A program made the position numbers and the translations under genes. The notes beneath the pieces were generated by a model. That model was not told the DNA's origin. It worked only from the letters and a program-made list of their open reading frames with translations, and ran no database searches. A DNA stretch of 64,000 nt from Eubacteriales bacterium (lineage in GTDB: Bacteria > Bacillota > Clostridia > Oscillospirales > CAG-272), in NCBI GenBank assembly GCA_045631445.1, contig JAZQUS010000102.1, positions 23,916-87,915 of the forward strand, written 5' to 3'. Positions 8,595 to 18,518 of the stretch are shown one piece after another (the first letter of the stretch is position 1; the number at the start of each line of letters is the position of its first letter).

Positions 8595-8783
8595 ATGGAA
8601 AAGAAACTTTTTAGATCAAAGAACAATAAAAAAATTTGTGGTGTTTGCGGTGGATTGGCCGAATACTTTAATATGGACCCCACAATTGTTCGTCTTGTAG
8701 CTGTAGTTTTGACTCTTGCTGGTGGTTGTGGTGTACTTGCATACATCATCGCAGCATTTATTATTCCCGAAAATCCTAATTAA
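8595..8783 (+). CDS. PspC-domain membrane protein
   Basis: KICGVCGGLAEYFNMDPTIVRLVAVVLTL is the canonical PspC domain. AGGAGG at 8582-8587 supports the ATG at 8595 rather than the TTG at 8577. Confidence 0.8.
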   Translation: MEKKLFRSKNNKKICGVCGGLAEYFNMDPTIVRLVAVVLTLAGGCGVLAYIIAAFIIPENPN

Positions 8784-8805
8784 TCACTAACACTGGAGCA
8801 GTAAA

Positions 8806-9348
8806 ATGTCAGAATTTTTAGCTTTATTGCCGCCTATTGCGGTGTGCTTTCTCGTTTGTGCTGCAAAAATAGTTGAAATCACTATATCATCTCTTAAAAC
8901 CTGTATGATGGTTAAGGGGCAGCGCAAAAAAGCAGCAATGCTTGGTTTTACCGAATGTATGATTTGGGGTCTTGTAGTCTCCACAATTATTGGCACGCTT
9001 GGAGATAACTACATATTGCTTTTATTTTATTGCTTTGGTTATGCAACGGGTCTTTACCTTGGCTCAACGCTTGAAAATAAAATAGGTATAGGTACTTCTA
9101 ACTTGGAGCTTATTGCCAATGATGAAAGCACCGAGCTTATTACTACATATCTTAAAGAAAACAACCGCGGTTATACGGTTTTCGAAGGTCATGGTTCTGT
9201 TGATAAAATGAATATGATTTTCATCGTTTTACCACGTAAAGAAACGCCCAAAACCTTAAAAGACATAAGAGCTTGTTGTGATAATAAAGTGTTTGTTGTT
9301 GCAAGTGAAGTTAGTAAATACGCAGGCGGCTACGGAATGATTAAATAG
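8806..9348 (+). CDS. UPF0316 family membrane protein with DUF2179 C-terminal domain
   Basis: N-terminal TM helices (AKIVEITISSLKT...) and a C-terminal soluble domain (GYTVFEGHGS...VLPRKE), as in B. subtilis YebE-type UPF0316 proteins. Confidence 0.6.
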   Translation: MSEFLALLPPIAVCFLVCAAKIVEITISSLKTCMMVKGQRKKAAMLGFTECMIWGLVVSTIIGTLGDNYILLLFYCFGYATGLYLGSTLENKIGIGTSNLELIANDESTELITTYLKENNRGYTVFEGHGSVDKMNMIFIVLPRKETPKTLKDIRACCDNKVFVVASEVSKYAGGYGMIK

Positions 9349-9354
9349 TAAAAA

Positions 9355-9384
9355 AGTCCTTGAGTTATTCAAGGACTTTTTTTG
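9355..9384. terminator. Bidirectional intrinsic terminator
   Basis: AGTCCTTGA (9355-9363), 5-nt loop, TCAAGGACT (9369-9377), flanked by an A-run and a T-run. It overlaps the stop of the convergent mmcQ-like gene. Confidence 0.75.
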
Positions 9385-9748
9385 TTCTAATCTTCTTTTT
9401 AGTCAAATCATAGCTAATTTTTGTAACCCATTTGATTGTTTCATCATCGCACGAACCATCAAGACAAAGTGTAAGCCAATGCTTTTTATTCATATGATAA
9501 GCAGGGAAAATACCGTTTTCAAAATATAAATCGTCCATAATTTCGGGCGCACATTTGAGGTTAACAACATCAATATATTCGTCACTATCAATTCCAAGCT
9601 TGCACTTTTTAATTCTCATAACGAGAGCAAACCACTTTTTATTGTCAGAATGTCGAAATGCCCAAGCATCAAATTCATCTTCAAAAGGGAAATCATACTC
9701 GATATTATAACGAGTTTTAATGTGTAATGCTAATTCATCTCTTGTCAA
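9365..9748 (-). CDS. MmcQ/YjbR family DNA-binding protein
   Basis: 127 aa. Pattern ...YDFPFEDEFDAWAFRH...KWFALVM...VVNLKC...HMNKKHWLTL is typical of the YjbR fold family. Confidence 0.7.
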   Translation of the reverse strand: MTRDELALHIKTRYNIEYDFPFEDEFDAWAFRHSDNKKWFALVMRIKKCKLGIDSDEYIDVVNLKCAPEIMDDLYFENGIFPAYHMNKKHWLTLCLDGSCDDETIKWVTKISYDLTKKKIRTKKVLE

Positions 9749-9862
9749 AATATCACCTTCTTTGACTTAATTATACCATAAATTAAACAATTTTGCAATT
9801 AATATTGCAATTTAATTTTCAAAGTGATATAATTATTTCAATAAATTATGGAGGACTAAAAA

Positions 9863-10420
9863 ATGAGAAAGAATTTTGGACCGAAATCGTGGTTATATCC
9901 TATGCCCGTGCTTATTGTTGGCACTAATGATGAAAATGGAAATCCCAATGCTATGAACGCCGCTTGGGGTGGAATTTACGATACAAATCAGGTTATGGTC
10001 TGCCTTGCGCACGAGCACAAAACTACCGAAAACATAAAGAAAACAGGTGCGTTTACGTTGAGCTTTGCAACTGCCGAAACAGTAGCAGAGTGTGACTATG
10101 TCGGTATTGTTTCTGCAAATGACGTACCCAATAAATTCGATCGCGCGGGCTTCCACCATACAAAAAGCAATTTTGTCAACGCCCCAATTATCGTAGAGCT
10201 TCCAATGACGGTTGAATGTAATCTCATCAAATTCAACGAGGACGGTATCTGCATAGGTGAGATAGTAAACGTATCTGCAAAGGAAGAAATCCTCAACGAA
10301 AAGGGGCAAATCGACATTCATAAACTTAATCCCATCACCTATGATAGCTCGACACATACCTATTGGAAAATAGGTGATGCTGCAGGTAAAGCATTTGCTG
10401 AAGGAAAGAAAATACAATGA
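9863..10420 (+). CDS. Flavin reductase-like (FMN-binding split-barrel) protein
   Basis: PMPVLIVGTNDENGNPNAMNAAWGG and the overall ~185-aa length match the flavin reductase domain family. Confidence 0.7.
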   Translation: MRKNFGPKSWLYPMPVLIVGTNDENGNPNAMNAAWGGIYDTNQVMVCLAHEHKTTENIKKTGAFTLSFATAETVAECDYVGIVSANDVPNKFDRAGFHHTKSNFVNAPIIVELPMTVECNLIKFNEDGICIGEIVNVSAKEEILNEKGQIDIHKLNPITYDSSTHTYWKIGDAAGKAFAEGKKIQ

Positions 10421-11067
10421 GTAATAAAATCAAAATTTTAATCGGAACAACAAATCCATCAAAAATCCCGCGTTTTGAGGGATTTTTAACGGGCTGCGAC
10501 GTTGAGTTTTACACTCTGCGCGACCTTCATATTGAAGCTGAGCCCGAGGAAGCAGGGAAAACACCTATAGAAAACGCAGAAATCAAAGCGCGCTATTACG
10601 GTCAGTTTTTTGATAGAGTTATCTGTAATGATTCAGGACTTTATTTCGATTGCTTACCCCTTGATGATCCTCGCCAACCCGGACTTAATATTCGAACACC
10701 GCAGGGCAGAGAAAGAATGACAGATGAAGAGAGCATAGAATACTACTCAAATCTAGTTCATTCGCTTGGAGGCAAGGTACTTGCATATTACGTTGACGGT
10801 ATTGCCGTGTACAATCAAGGCAAGATACACACCTTTATGGAAACGGGCGAAGTAAATCGCGCAAGCGCGTTTTATATGGTCGATACTCCATCACCCAAAC
10901 GTCAGGCAGGTTGGCCTTTAAATTCTATATCCATAAATCGAAATACACTCGACTATTTCGTTGACGGCGGAAATAATAAATATGACCCCGTTCGCGAAGA
11001 CATTATGATAGGTCAGTATCGCGCACGCGTTATTGAATTTCTCAAAAAATCACTTGAATTAGAATAA
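10417..11067 (+). CDS. Ham1/ITPase-like non-canonical NTP pyrophosphatase-related protein
   Basis: ILIGTTNPSKIPRFE (compare ATGNxGK), GKTPIENAEIKARYY and NDSGLYFDCL (compare DDSGL.VDAL). Divergent, so tentative. ATGA overlap with the upstream gene. Confidence 0.5.
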   Translation: MSNKIKILIGTTNPSKIPRFEGFLTGCDVEFYTLRDLHIEAEPEEAGKTPIENAEIKARYYGQFFDRVICNDSGLYFDCLPLDDPRQPGLNIRTPQGRERMTDEESIEYYSNLVHSLGGKVLAYYVDGIAVYNQGKIHTFMETGEVNRASAFYMVDTPSPKRQAGWPLNSISINRNTLDYFVDGGNNKYDPVREDIMIGQYRARVIEFLKKSLELE

Positions 11068-11093
11068 AAAATGCTCCCACTAGGGAGCATTTT
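11068..11093 (+). terminator. Intrinsic terminator
   Basis: AAAATGCTCCC (11068-11078), loop ACTA, GGGAGCATTTT (11083-11093), directly after the stop at 11067. Confidence 0.8.
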
Positions 11094-11099
11094 CTTATG

Positions 11100-11150
11100 C
11101 CTTCCCATCGAGGGGAAGGGGGACCGCTTTAGCGGTGGATGAGGGGAACG
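11100..11150. repeat. GC-rich nested hairpin element in an AT-rich intergenic region
   Basis: CCTTCCC (11100-11106) pairs with GGGAAGG (11113-11119). ACCGCT/AGCGGT lies at 11123-11136. Trailing GGATGAGGGGAAC. The local GC content is far above that of the flanks. Confidence 0.4.
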
Positions 11151-11178
11151 AATTAAAATAAAATTATAAATAGAAGTA

Positions 11179-13551
11179 TTAAACAATCTCAAATTCAATA
11201 ATCTTATCATCAAGATGCGAACAAGAAATCGTAACTTTGGCTTTACCTTTTTGACTATTTGTTTTAACGTAAAACGCGCTCATTCCGCCCCTTAATGAAA
11301 TCATATCGGGACCAATCACTCCAAGCGGACCATCAACTGTCAGCTTAATTGCCTCGTTGGAGTAGGGAAGAAGATTACCGTTTTCGTCAGTAGCGCGAAT
11401 TCTCACAACGCCCACGTCATAGGACGTCTTTTCGCTCAAAACGGTATTCGGTGCATCAATTTCAAGCTGCATTTTGCTCATTGGTGTTTTAGTAACGGTT
11501 CTAACAACCTTTCCACCCTTAATCGCTTCAAAGCGGTAAACCGTGCTCTTGCCACCCCAATCGCCAACATATTTTGTATAAAGGTCAACGATTTTGTTTA
11601 TGCTAATTCCGTAAATAAGTATACATTTTGCTGCCATTCTTGCAAGCTTAGGTGTTATTTTAGTATATCCGTTAAGCCCAATATAATTAAGAGTCTTAGC
11701 AATATATTTTGCCTTTTTCGGTGACATCTTTTCTTCAGTTTCAAGAAGATTTCCAATATAATCGTCTATCAAAACAGGACTCTTAACCATCGACTCAAAA
11801 TGCTTGTTGTGTGGAATGTATTCCTTGATAAACTTATCATTTTTATACATTTTAACACTATCCGCATTTGTAAAAATCCAAACATTACCTTTAATTGAAG
11901 CAGGATGCTCACCAACATCCATTGACGAGCTAATCTCAAGAACATCGTTAACGTTGTCTTGCGATTTGTAAACCGCAGCCGCCATCTTATGATTGCGGAA
12001 CATATCAGTAACACCGTGATAGCAAATTCTGTCACCACTACCAAAATCCTTGTGCGTATTGTAATCGGCCATACACCAAGAAAAGCTACCACAAATATCT
12101 GAATGTGATGCAACATCATTAAGCACCCTCGCGTGACGAAGTGCGTGCTCTAAGCGGTGCTCCTCATTATCAAAGCTCTTGGTGGGGAACATATGACCAT
12201 TATTTTCAGTAATCAAAAATGGCTTTTTCTTGTTGGAAGTGATATTCTTTTTAGGAGAACAACCGGGCTTTCTGCCATCGTGCAAAAAGTCATTGTATGT
12301 ATAAACATCTTCTAAAAGCTCACTTTTTGCAAAATTTCGTACTCCGCCTGTTTGTCTCGTCGGGTCAAGCTTATGTGCCAATTCATTGGTTCTAACATAA
12401 AAATCGTGGTTATCTCTTGACTCATTGATACGAACACCCCAAATAACGATTGATGGGTGATTGCGGTATTGCAAAATCATTTCTTCCACATTTTTAACTG
12501 CTTGATCTTGCCATGCCTTGTCACCAATATGCTGCCAACCGGGAATTTCAGTGAAAACAAGAATTCCGAGCTTATCGCATTCGTCAATAAAATAATGTGA
12601 TTGAGGATAGTGTGAAGTTCTAACCGCATTAACACCAAGATTCTTTAAAACCCTCGCATCGTCTCTCTGGATAGATTCAGGCATAGCATATCCAACATAA
12701 GCATAGCTTTGATGTCTATTTAAGCCCCTTATCTGCACTCGTCTGCCATTGAGGAAAAATCCGTCATTTGTGAATTTCGAACTTCTAAAGCCAACCTTAA
12801 CTTCGTGCGTATCAATAACCCTACCACTTGAAAGAAGCTCTGTTTTCACAAGATATCGGTTAGGATGATTAATATCCCAAAGCTTTATGTTACGAATAAA
12901 TCCGTGAACGGAGAATTCGTTTGTATTAATTTCACGCTCACCTAAAGGAATGACCTCTTGCGTGTCCAAAAGAACAGCCGCTTGCCTAATGTAAGAGTTA
13001 GCAGGCAACTCGCCGTTAAGAGTAATATCACAAACGATTTTTCCCGTAAATTCGGGCTTTGCAAATATATCGGCAATATAGCATTGCTCTTTAACATCAA
13101 TATAAACATCACGATAAATGCCACCGTATGTCATATAGTCAATAACGTTACCAAAAGGCGGAATATTCAAGCTTTCTCTTGAATTGAGCTTAACAACTAA
13201 AATATTTTCTTCATTTATCTTTAATTTACCTGTCAATTCAATAGTGAAAGCGGTATAACCCGAATAATGATCGCCAATCTTTTCACCGTTCAAATAAACA
13301 ACAGCATAATGCGCCGCGCCCTCAAAGGTTATAAGAACGCGCTTATCCTTCCACTCCGCAGGCGCAAAAATCACCTTGCGATAAGCAGAGAGCATTTGAT
13401 ATTCTTCCTCTGAAAAATAGTTGAAGGGTAATTCGCGAGTAGTGTGAGGAATACGAATTTCCTTCATATCCGAGTCAACTATTCCGTTTTTATATTCTTC
13501 TTTAAATTCTCTAGCAAAAAGCCAACCATCGTTGATATAAATTCTATTCAT
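11179..13551 (-). CDS. Glycoside hydrolase family 2 (beta-galactosidase/beta-glucuronidase-like)
   Basis: 790 aa. GH2 sugar-binding N-domain (VYLNGEKIGDHYSGYTAF) and TIM-barrel motif NAVRTSHYPQSHYFIDECDKLGILVFTEIPGW. Confidence 0.8.
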   Translation of the reverse strand: MNRIYINDGWLFAREFKEEYKNGIVDSDMKEIRIPHTTRELPFNYFSEEEYQMLSAYRKVIFAPAEWKDKRVLITFEGAAHYAVVYLNGEKIGDHYSGYTAFTIELTGKLKINEENILVVKLNSRESLNIPPFGNVIDYMTYGGIYRDVYIDVKEQCYIADIFAKPEFTGKIVCDITLNGELPANSYIRQAAVLLDTQEVIPLGEREINTNEFSVHGFIRNIKLWDINHPNRYLVKTELLSSGRVIDTHEVKVGFRSSKFTNDGFFLNGRRVQIRGLNRHQSYAYVGYAMPESIQRDDARVLKNLGVNAVRTSHYPQSHYFIDECDKLGILVFTEIPGWQHIGDKAWQDQAVKNVEEMILQYRNHPSIVIWGVRINESRDNHDFYVRTNELAHKLDPTRQTGGVRNFAKSELLEDVYTYNDFLHDGRKPGCSPKKNITSNKKKPFLITENNGHMFPTKSFDNEEHRLEHALRHARVLNDVASHSDICGSFSWCMADYNTHKDFGSGDRICYHGVTDMFRNHKMAAAVYKSQDNVNDVLEISSSMDVGEHPASIKGNVWIFTNADSVKMYKNDKFIKEYIPHNKHFESMVKSPVLIDDYIGNLLETEEKMSPKKAKYIAKTLNYIGLNGYTKITPKLARMAAKCILIYGISINKIVDLYTKYVGDWGGKSTVYRFEAIKGGKVVRTVTKTPMSKMQLEIDAPNTVLSEKTSYDVGVVRIRATDENGNLLPYSNEAIKLTVDGPLGVIGPDMISLRGGMSAFYVKTNSQKGKAKVTISCSHLDDKIIEFEIV

Positions 13552-13630
13552 AAGGTCCTCCTAAATTAGAGCAATCTATATTAGAATTATATCACCAAAA
13601 ATTTTTAAAATCAATAGAAAAATATATATT

Positions 13631-13888
13631 TTATCCCTTATTTGCTAAAAACACTCTTTTTTCGTTATCCATTATTATTCCACGCAAGGAACAGGGCTCA
13701 GTTGCACTTGCAGCAATTTCATAAAACAAATCCAATGCATTATCTTTATTATTTTCTGCAAAGCTTTCACAACAAAAATCATCTTTGCTTTCAATAACGA
13801 TCACATAATATCCTCTGCAAAAATTTGAACGTAAAAGCTTATAACGCATCCCGTGAACCTCGATTTTTTGAATTAGAGTAAAATCCAT
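13631..13888 (-). CDS. Small hypothetical protein
   Basis: 85-aa ORF from the ATG at 13888, preceded by a GGGGG purine-rich RBS. No recognisable motif. Confidence 0.35.
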   Translation of the reverse strand: MDFTLIQKIEVHGMRYKLLRSNFCRGYYVIVIESKDDFCCESFAENNKDNALDLFYEIAASATEPCSLRGIIMDNEKRVFLANKG

Positions 13889-14039
13889 AATAACCCCCAT
13901 TAATTTGATAATATAATTGTATCATTTTTTCACATAAAAACTTATTTGTTTTTTAACCCGAATATACGCAACAAATGGTAATATATGGTAGAAAAATAAT
14001 ATTGTTGTTATTATACTACAAAAATTATCAAAATAAAGT

Positions 14040-14070
14040 CGAAAAAAGAAGCCCTCAAAGAGAGCTTCTT
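14040..14070 (-). terminator. Intrinsic terminator after the GPH symporter gene
   Basis: On the minus strand: AAGAAGCTCTC, loop, GAGGGCTTCTT (one mismatch), followed by TTTTTT. Confidence 0.65.
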
Positions 14071-14075
14071 AAATA

Positions 14076-15479
14076 TTATTTTTTGTTTCTTTCTTCAAGA
14101 TCCTTGCAAATTTTTGCATAAAATTCTTCATCGATCTTGAATTTCTTGTGATAGAGGTAGAAACCAACAAGAATACAAATAAGAGGAAGAATCATCATTG
14201 AGAGCTTCATAATCCAAACGGATGTATCACTTGTATTGTTCATAATATATTCTGCATCAAGAAGCTTATCACCTGTAAGTGATTGTGCAATCATATTTAT
14301 ACCTGAAATAATAAGAGTGAATGAAACAATACCCTTGCTTACAGCACCGCCAAACTGATTGATGAAGGGTTGAACCGCAAAGCTAGCCGCTTCGTTTCTC
14401 TTGCCGAGCTTCCATTCACCGTATTCAACCGCATCCGCAAGGAAGAGGAGCATAAGCAACTGAATAAATGCTTGAGCAAAGAAGAGTCCTAAACCCGCAA
14501 GAACGATAAGTGGGAGCCATTCGAATGAAAGGAAGAAGATAACGTAAGAAATTGTAACTGCTATCATAGAACCGGTATAAAGCTGTTTTCTTGTGAATTT
14601 CTTTCTGAAAAGAGGGAATACGGAAAGAGCAGTAAGCTGAGCAACAGCAAGAACCGCTGCAAATACCATATACAAGTCCTCGTTCTTAACGGCATATTTA
14701 AAATAGTATGTACCAAATCCAGTTGTGGTGCAATATCCAATCATAAAGAGAGCCATCGAAATAGCAGTTACAAGAAGCTGATCATTCTTGAAGAGTGCAC
14801 AGAAAAGATCTTTAAGAGAAGTACGCTCTGTATTTTCAAGTTGAGAACGATCTTCTTTAACACCAAACAAAGTGATACTTTGGAACGCCATCATAATAAT
14901 AGCAATAATAATCGCGAACACGAAATAGCTGTCACGAGCATTAAGTCCAATTCCTGTAAAGAAGCTTGGAACATTAAGATAAATAAGAACCATTGCAAAC
15001 ATACCAACGTTGGCACAAATTCTTGCAAACGCACCAACACTCTCACGAACACTCTGCTCCTTAGAAATTGCAGGCATAAGTGACCAATATGAAATGTCGT
15101 TAAGAGAGAAGAAAATGCTAAAGAGAAGATATGTAACTGCAAGAAGCGCGATGTGTGCAGTTTCACTCATTTCAAAGTTATGGAACATCAATACAGTAAG
15201 TATAGCAATACCAATCATACCAATAAGAATCCAAGGCTTAAATTTGCCCCATTTAGTTTTGGTATTGTCAACGATAGCACCAACGAATGGGTCAATTACC
15301 GCATCAAAAGTACCAAAAAGTGTAAGCATAATACCGATAACACCAAGCCCCTTGTCAGAGAACTTAACAACGTCAGTAAGATGCACAAGCAAATACATAC
15401 TAACTAGTGAATAAAGAGCATCTCTACCTACAGTTCCAAGACCGAAACAATACTTATTAATTTTTTGTTGTCTATTCAT
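14076..15479 (-). CDS. GPH-family glycoside-pentoside-hexuronide:cation symporter (MelB-like)
   Basis: 467 aa, ~12 TM. N-terminal YCFGLGTVGRDALYSLVSMYLLVHLTDV is typical of the GPH/MFS_2 family. It lies between the GH36 and GH2 genes. Confidence 0.75.
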   Translation of the reverse strand: MNRQQKINKYCFGLGTVGRDALYSLVSMYLLVHLTDVVKFSDKGLGVIGIMLTLFGTFDAVIDPFVGAIVDNTKTKWGKFKPWILIGMIGIAILTVLMFHNFEMSETAHIALLAVTYLLFSIFFSLNDISYWSLMPAISKEQSVRESVGAFARICANVGMFAMVLIYLNVPSFFTGIGLNARDSYFVFAIIIAIIMMAFQSITLFGVKEDRSQLENTERTSLKDLFCALFKNDQLLVTAISMALFMIGYCTTTGFGTYYFKYAVKNEDLYMVFAAVLAVAQLTALSVFPLFRKKFTRKQLYTGSMIAVTISYVIFFLSFEWLPLIVLAGLGLFFAQAFIQLLMLLFLADAVEYGEWKLGKRNEAASFAVQPFINQFGGAVSKGIVSFTLIISGINMIAQSLTGDKLLDAEYIMNNTSDTSVWIMKLSMMILPLICILVGFYLYHKKFKIDEEFYAKICKDLEERNKK

Positions 15480-15480
15480 A

Positions 15481-17799
15481 TTAAATCTCCTTTACTAAAT
15501 ACAGATTGCTTCCAAAGTCGCCAAGCACTCTGATTTTTTCATTATATCCTGTACCCTCGAATTGCATTTCAAGATTGATACCAAAATTAAGAATGTCACC
15601 GTAGCATTGATATACTTCGTGCCCATCATCCATAGAGAAATGCTTGTCAATAGTTCTAAGCAATAAACTATCCGCCTTAATTCTTATTGGGCTTATATGG
15701 TTAATAAGAGGCCCAAATGTTTTTATTCTTAGCTTTTGCTTATAGCATTCAACCGAGTAAAGCTTTTCAGGGCGCGCACTTGGAATAGTAAGTCTATCAC
15801 GGTAAGGTCCTGAAACCTGATGCTTTTGGAAAAATCCGGCAATAATTTCACCGTTACCAGAAATCTGCCAAGAAAGCTGATAGGGATTATCAACAGAAAC
15901 AAATTCAAATTTTCCGTATTGGAAGGTTCTTCTATGTGCTTTGTAGAAAGCAATTTGCTTTTTAACCTGTCTTAATTCATCGGGTGTCAATTCAGCAAAA
16001 TCAAGCTCATAGCCAAGCACACCAAAGGATGCAACGTTAAATCTTGTTGAAATAGGTGTATTTCTAAGTGTTTGTGAGTGCGGTGACATCGAAACGTGAG
16101 CAGAAATAGTTGAGGGAGGATAGAAATTATACATACCACCTTGAATATCGAGTCTCTCAATGGGGTCAGTATCGTCACTAGTCCAAATTTGTGGGGAGAA
16201 GCAAAGCATACCAAGGTCAAATCGATTTCCACCTGACGAACAGCTCTCAAACAAAATGTTCGGATGAAGCTCATAAAAAATCTTGCCGAGCACTTCGTAA
16301 AGACCAAGAATATACTTGTGATAAAATTCACCCTGATTTTGAAGAGTTGCAGAATACATATCACTAATGTGACGGTTGTAATCCCACTTAACGTACTCAA
16401 TATTTGCACTTGAAAGAATTTTGTGAACGGAATTAATAATATAATCTCTAACTTCCTTTCTCGTAAGGTCAAGAACGAGCTGATTTCTGCCTAAAGATGC
16501 CTCACGAGAGGGAACTGATATAGCCCACTCAGGATGTGAACGGTAGAGATCAGAATCCGGATTAACGCATTCCGGCTCAAACCAAAGACCGAATTTCATC
16601 CCACGATTATTGATGGCATTTGCAAGGGATTTCAAGCCACCGGGTAACTTTTTAGTATTAACAACCCAGTCGCCAAGACCTGCTCTATCATTGTTTCTGG
16701 CACCAAACCAACCATCATCAAGTACGAGCATCTCAACACCAAGCTTTTTGGCTTTGTCAGCAAGAGCAACGATTTTCTGCTTGTTGAAATTAAACATCAT
16801 CGCCTCCCAGTTGTTAATAACAACTGGACGCTCAGCATTTTTATGAATGCCGCGAACGATATGCTCGTTAACGAACGAATGCATATTCTGAGCCATTTTA
16901 TTAATGCCTTCTGATGAATAAGTAAGTACCGCTTGTGGAGTTTCAAAGCTCTCGCGACTCTTTAAAATCCAATTAAAGCAATGTGGATTGATACCGCTCA
17001 TAACTCTTGTCGTGCCAAAAGGTGATCCCTCAATAGCAGAATAGTGATTACCAGAATAAATAAGGTTAAAGCCATAAACGTTACCGTGTGAATAATCGGA
17101 GCCCTTAGCTTTAAGCATGAAAGCGGGATTATGTCTGTTTGATGAAGCCCCGACTGTTGAGGAATTAACGAAAATACATTCAGAAACGGGAGTCGAATGT
17201 ACGTGTGCCTCCTTGTTCCAAGAACCACTCAATGTAACAATATCAAAATAGCTCGATGGAAGATCAAGTGAGAAACTCATAATCTTATTAATCTTAATAT
17301 CTCTAACACCATTATTAAGAAGTATAGCATTTCTAACAATAACGTCGCAGTCCTCAAAAACTGTGTAGCTAAGCTTTAAATGAATGTTAGCATACTTTTT
17401 GTCCGTAAGCGTTACGGTAAGACATTGCGCGTTTCCGTAAGCTGTGGGAAGTGATTTAGATGTATATGGTTTGTCACTAATCTCGTGAGAATTATATACA
17501 AAATCAGAAACATAAGTTCCGTCGGGCATGATAAGTTCGATAGGTGAATGTCTGTAATCTCCCTTGCCGTTTTCGCTGTATTCAAGTAAAACGTTATCAA
17601 GTGAAGGAGAAGAAGATGTATTGTAATCAACGCAAGCTCCAAGATTAATTGAGTTCTTTAAAAGCAGAGCGTTATAAGACTGTTTTCTGATTTTTGCACC
17701 GTAATGAACATTTTCAAGCTTTCCGTAATCAGTAATTCTAAAAATATAGCTACTATTTCTCGTGTCAAGCTTAAAATAATTATTTTCAAACGTTATCAT
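15481..17799 (-). CDS. Alpha-galactosidase, GH36
   Basis: 772 aa. LVLDDGWFG, KWDYNRH and FESCSSGGNRFD motifs are characteristic of GH36 AgaA/RafA-type enzymes. Confidence 0.85.
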   Translation of the reverse strand: MITFENNYFKLDTRNSSYIFRITDYGKLENVHYGAKIRKQSYNALLLKNSINLGACVDYNTSSSPSLDNVLLEYSENGKGDYRHSPIELIMPDGTYVSDFVYNSHEISDKPYTSKSLPTAYGNAQCLTVTLTDKKYANIHLKLSYTVFEDCDVIVRNAILLNNGVRDIKINKIMSFSLDLPSSYFDIVTLSGSWNKEAHVHSTPVSECIFVNSSTVGASSNRHNPAFMLKAKGSDYSHGNVYGFNLIYSGNHYSAIEGSPFGTTRVMSGINPHCFNWILKSRESFETPQAVLTYSSEGINKMAQNMHSFVNEHIVRGIHKNAERPVVINNWEAMMFNFNKQKIVALADKAKKLGVEMLVLDDGWFGARNNDRAGLGDWVVNTKKLPGGLKSLANAINNRGMKFGLWFEPECVNPDSDLYRSHPEWAISVPSREASLGRNQLVLDLTRKEVRDYIINSVHKILSSANIEYVKWDYNRHISDMYSATLQNQGEFYHKYILGLYEVLGKIFYELHPNILFESCSSGGNRFDLGMLCFSPQIWTSDDTDPIERLDIQGGMYNFYPPSTISAHVSMSPHSQTLRNTPISTRFNVASFGVLGYELDFAELTPDELRQVKKQIAFYKAHRRTFQYGKFEFVSVDNPYQLSWQISGNGEIIAGFFQKHQVSGPYRDRLTIPSARPEKLYSVECYKQKLRIKTFGPLINHISPIRIKADSLLLRTIDKHFSMDDGHEVYQCYGDILNFGINLEMQFEGTGYNEKIRVLGDFGSNLYLVKEI

Positions 17800-17814
17800 A
17801 AATTATCTCCTTAA

Positions 17815-18507
17815 TTAAAAGTGAAGCTTTCTTGCAAGAATTGCTTTGGCATTTCTGCTTATCGATATAGCAATCATACCCAGTCCAATTATTACAAGTG
17901 GTATCATTGGATAAAGCGACCAACCGTCAAAGCTAACCTTAAATGTTACCATCAAAAATAGTTCAATAACATCCATATAAAGCCCAATGGCAATAAAGAA
18001 TGCACCTATAACGTAGAGATGCCCCTTTTTAAGATAGTAAAGTAAAACAGAAGCCGCAGTGACTATGACACCAAGATAGGTGATAAGTGGGAAGGCAAGA
18101 GTTAGAAACCAATCGCCGCCCGTCGCGTAATTGATATATTGCAAAAGCAATCCTATAAGGAAAAAGTCTAACGGCACGAATACTGCCGGAGTAGGACGTC
18201 TGAACCAAAATGGCAGAACTACTATTATGTAGCAAATTAAAACTGACAACAATACGTATGAAGACCAGGTTATATGTCTGTTTATATAGAAATCTGCATA
18301 AAGACAAACGAATATAGGAATTAAAAATAAAGTAAAAATAATGATGTGAATAGTGGTTTTACTAAGTACACTCTTGGGAACAAAATCCTTAGGATAAAGT
18401 GGGGCAACCTCAGGACGCTCAATGTCAGGATGATATGCCTCAGTTCCACAAAGAGGACATCTTTGCTCAGTATCTGCAAGCTTTACGCCGCAATTAGCAC
18501 AATACAT
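17815..18507 (-). CDS. Zinc-ribbon membrane protein
   Basis: N-terminal MYCANCGVKLADTEQRCPLCG zinc ribbon followed by ~5 TM helices. Confidence 0.55.
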   Translation of the reverse strand: MYCANCGVKLADTEQRCPLCGTEAYHPDIERPEVAPLYPKDFVPKSVLSKTTIHIIIFTLFLIPIFVCLYADFYINRHITWSSYVLLSVLICYIIVVLPFWFRRPTPAVFVPLDFFLIGLLLQYINYATGGDWFLTLAFPLITYLGVIVTAASVLLYYLKKGHLYVIGAFFIAIGLYMDVIELFLMVTFKVSFDGWSLYPMIPLVIIGLGMIAISISRNAKAILARKLHF

Positions 18508-18518
18508 ATATTTTCCTC

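Noticed and set aside
9893-10417. 174-aa minus-strand ORF.
   Set aside because: It is fully antisense to the flavin-reductase gene, which has clear family motifs.
11013-11213. 66-aa minus-strand ORF with a Pro/Ser/Gly-rich stretch.
   Set aside because: It is generated by reading through the GC-rich hairpin element and a terminator. It overlaps the ends of two real genes.
11179-17799. The GH36 / GPH symporter / GH2 cluster as something unusual.
   Set aside because: It is an ordinary alpha-galactoside/raffinose-type utilisation operon. The only oddity is the absence of an adjacent regulator, which is not informative on its own.
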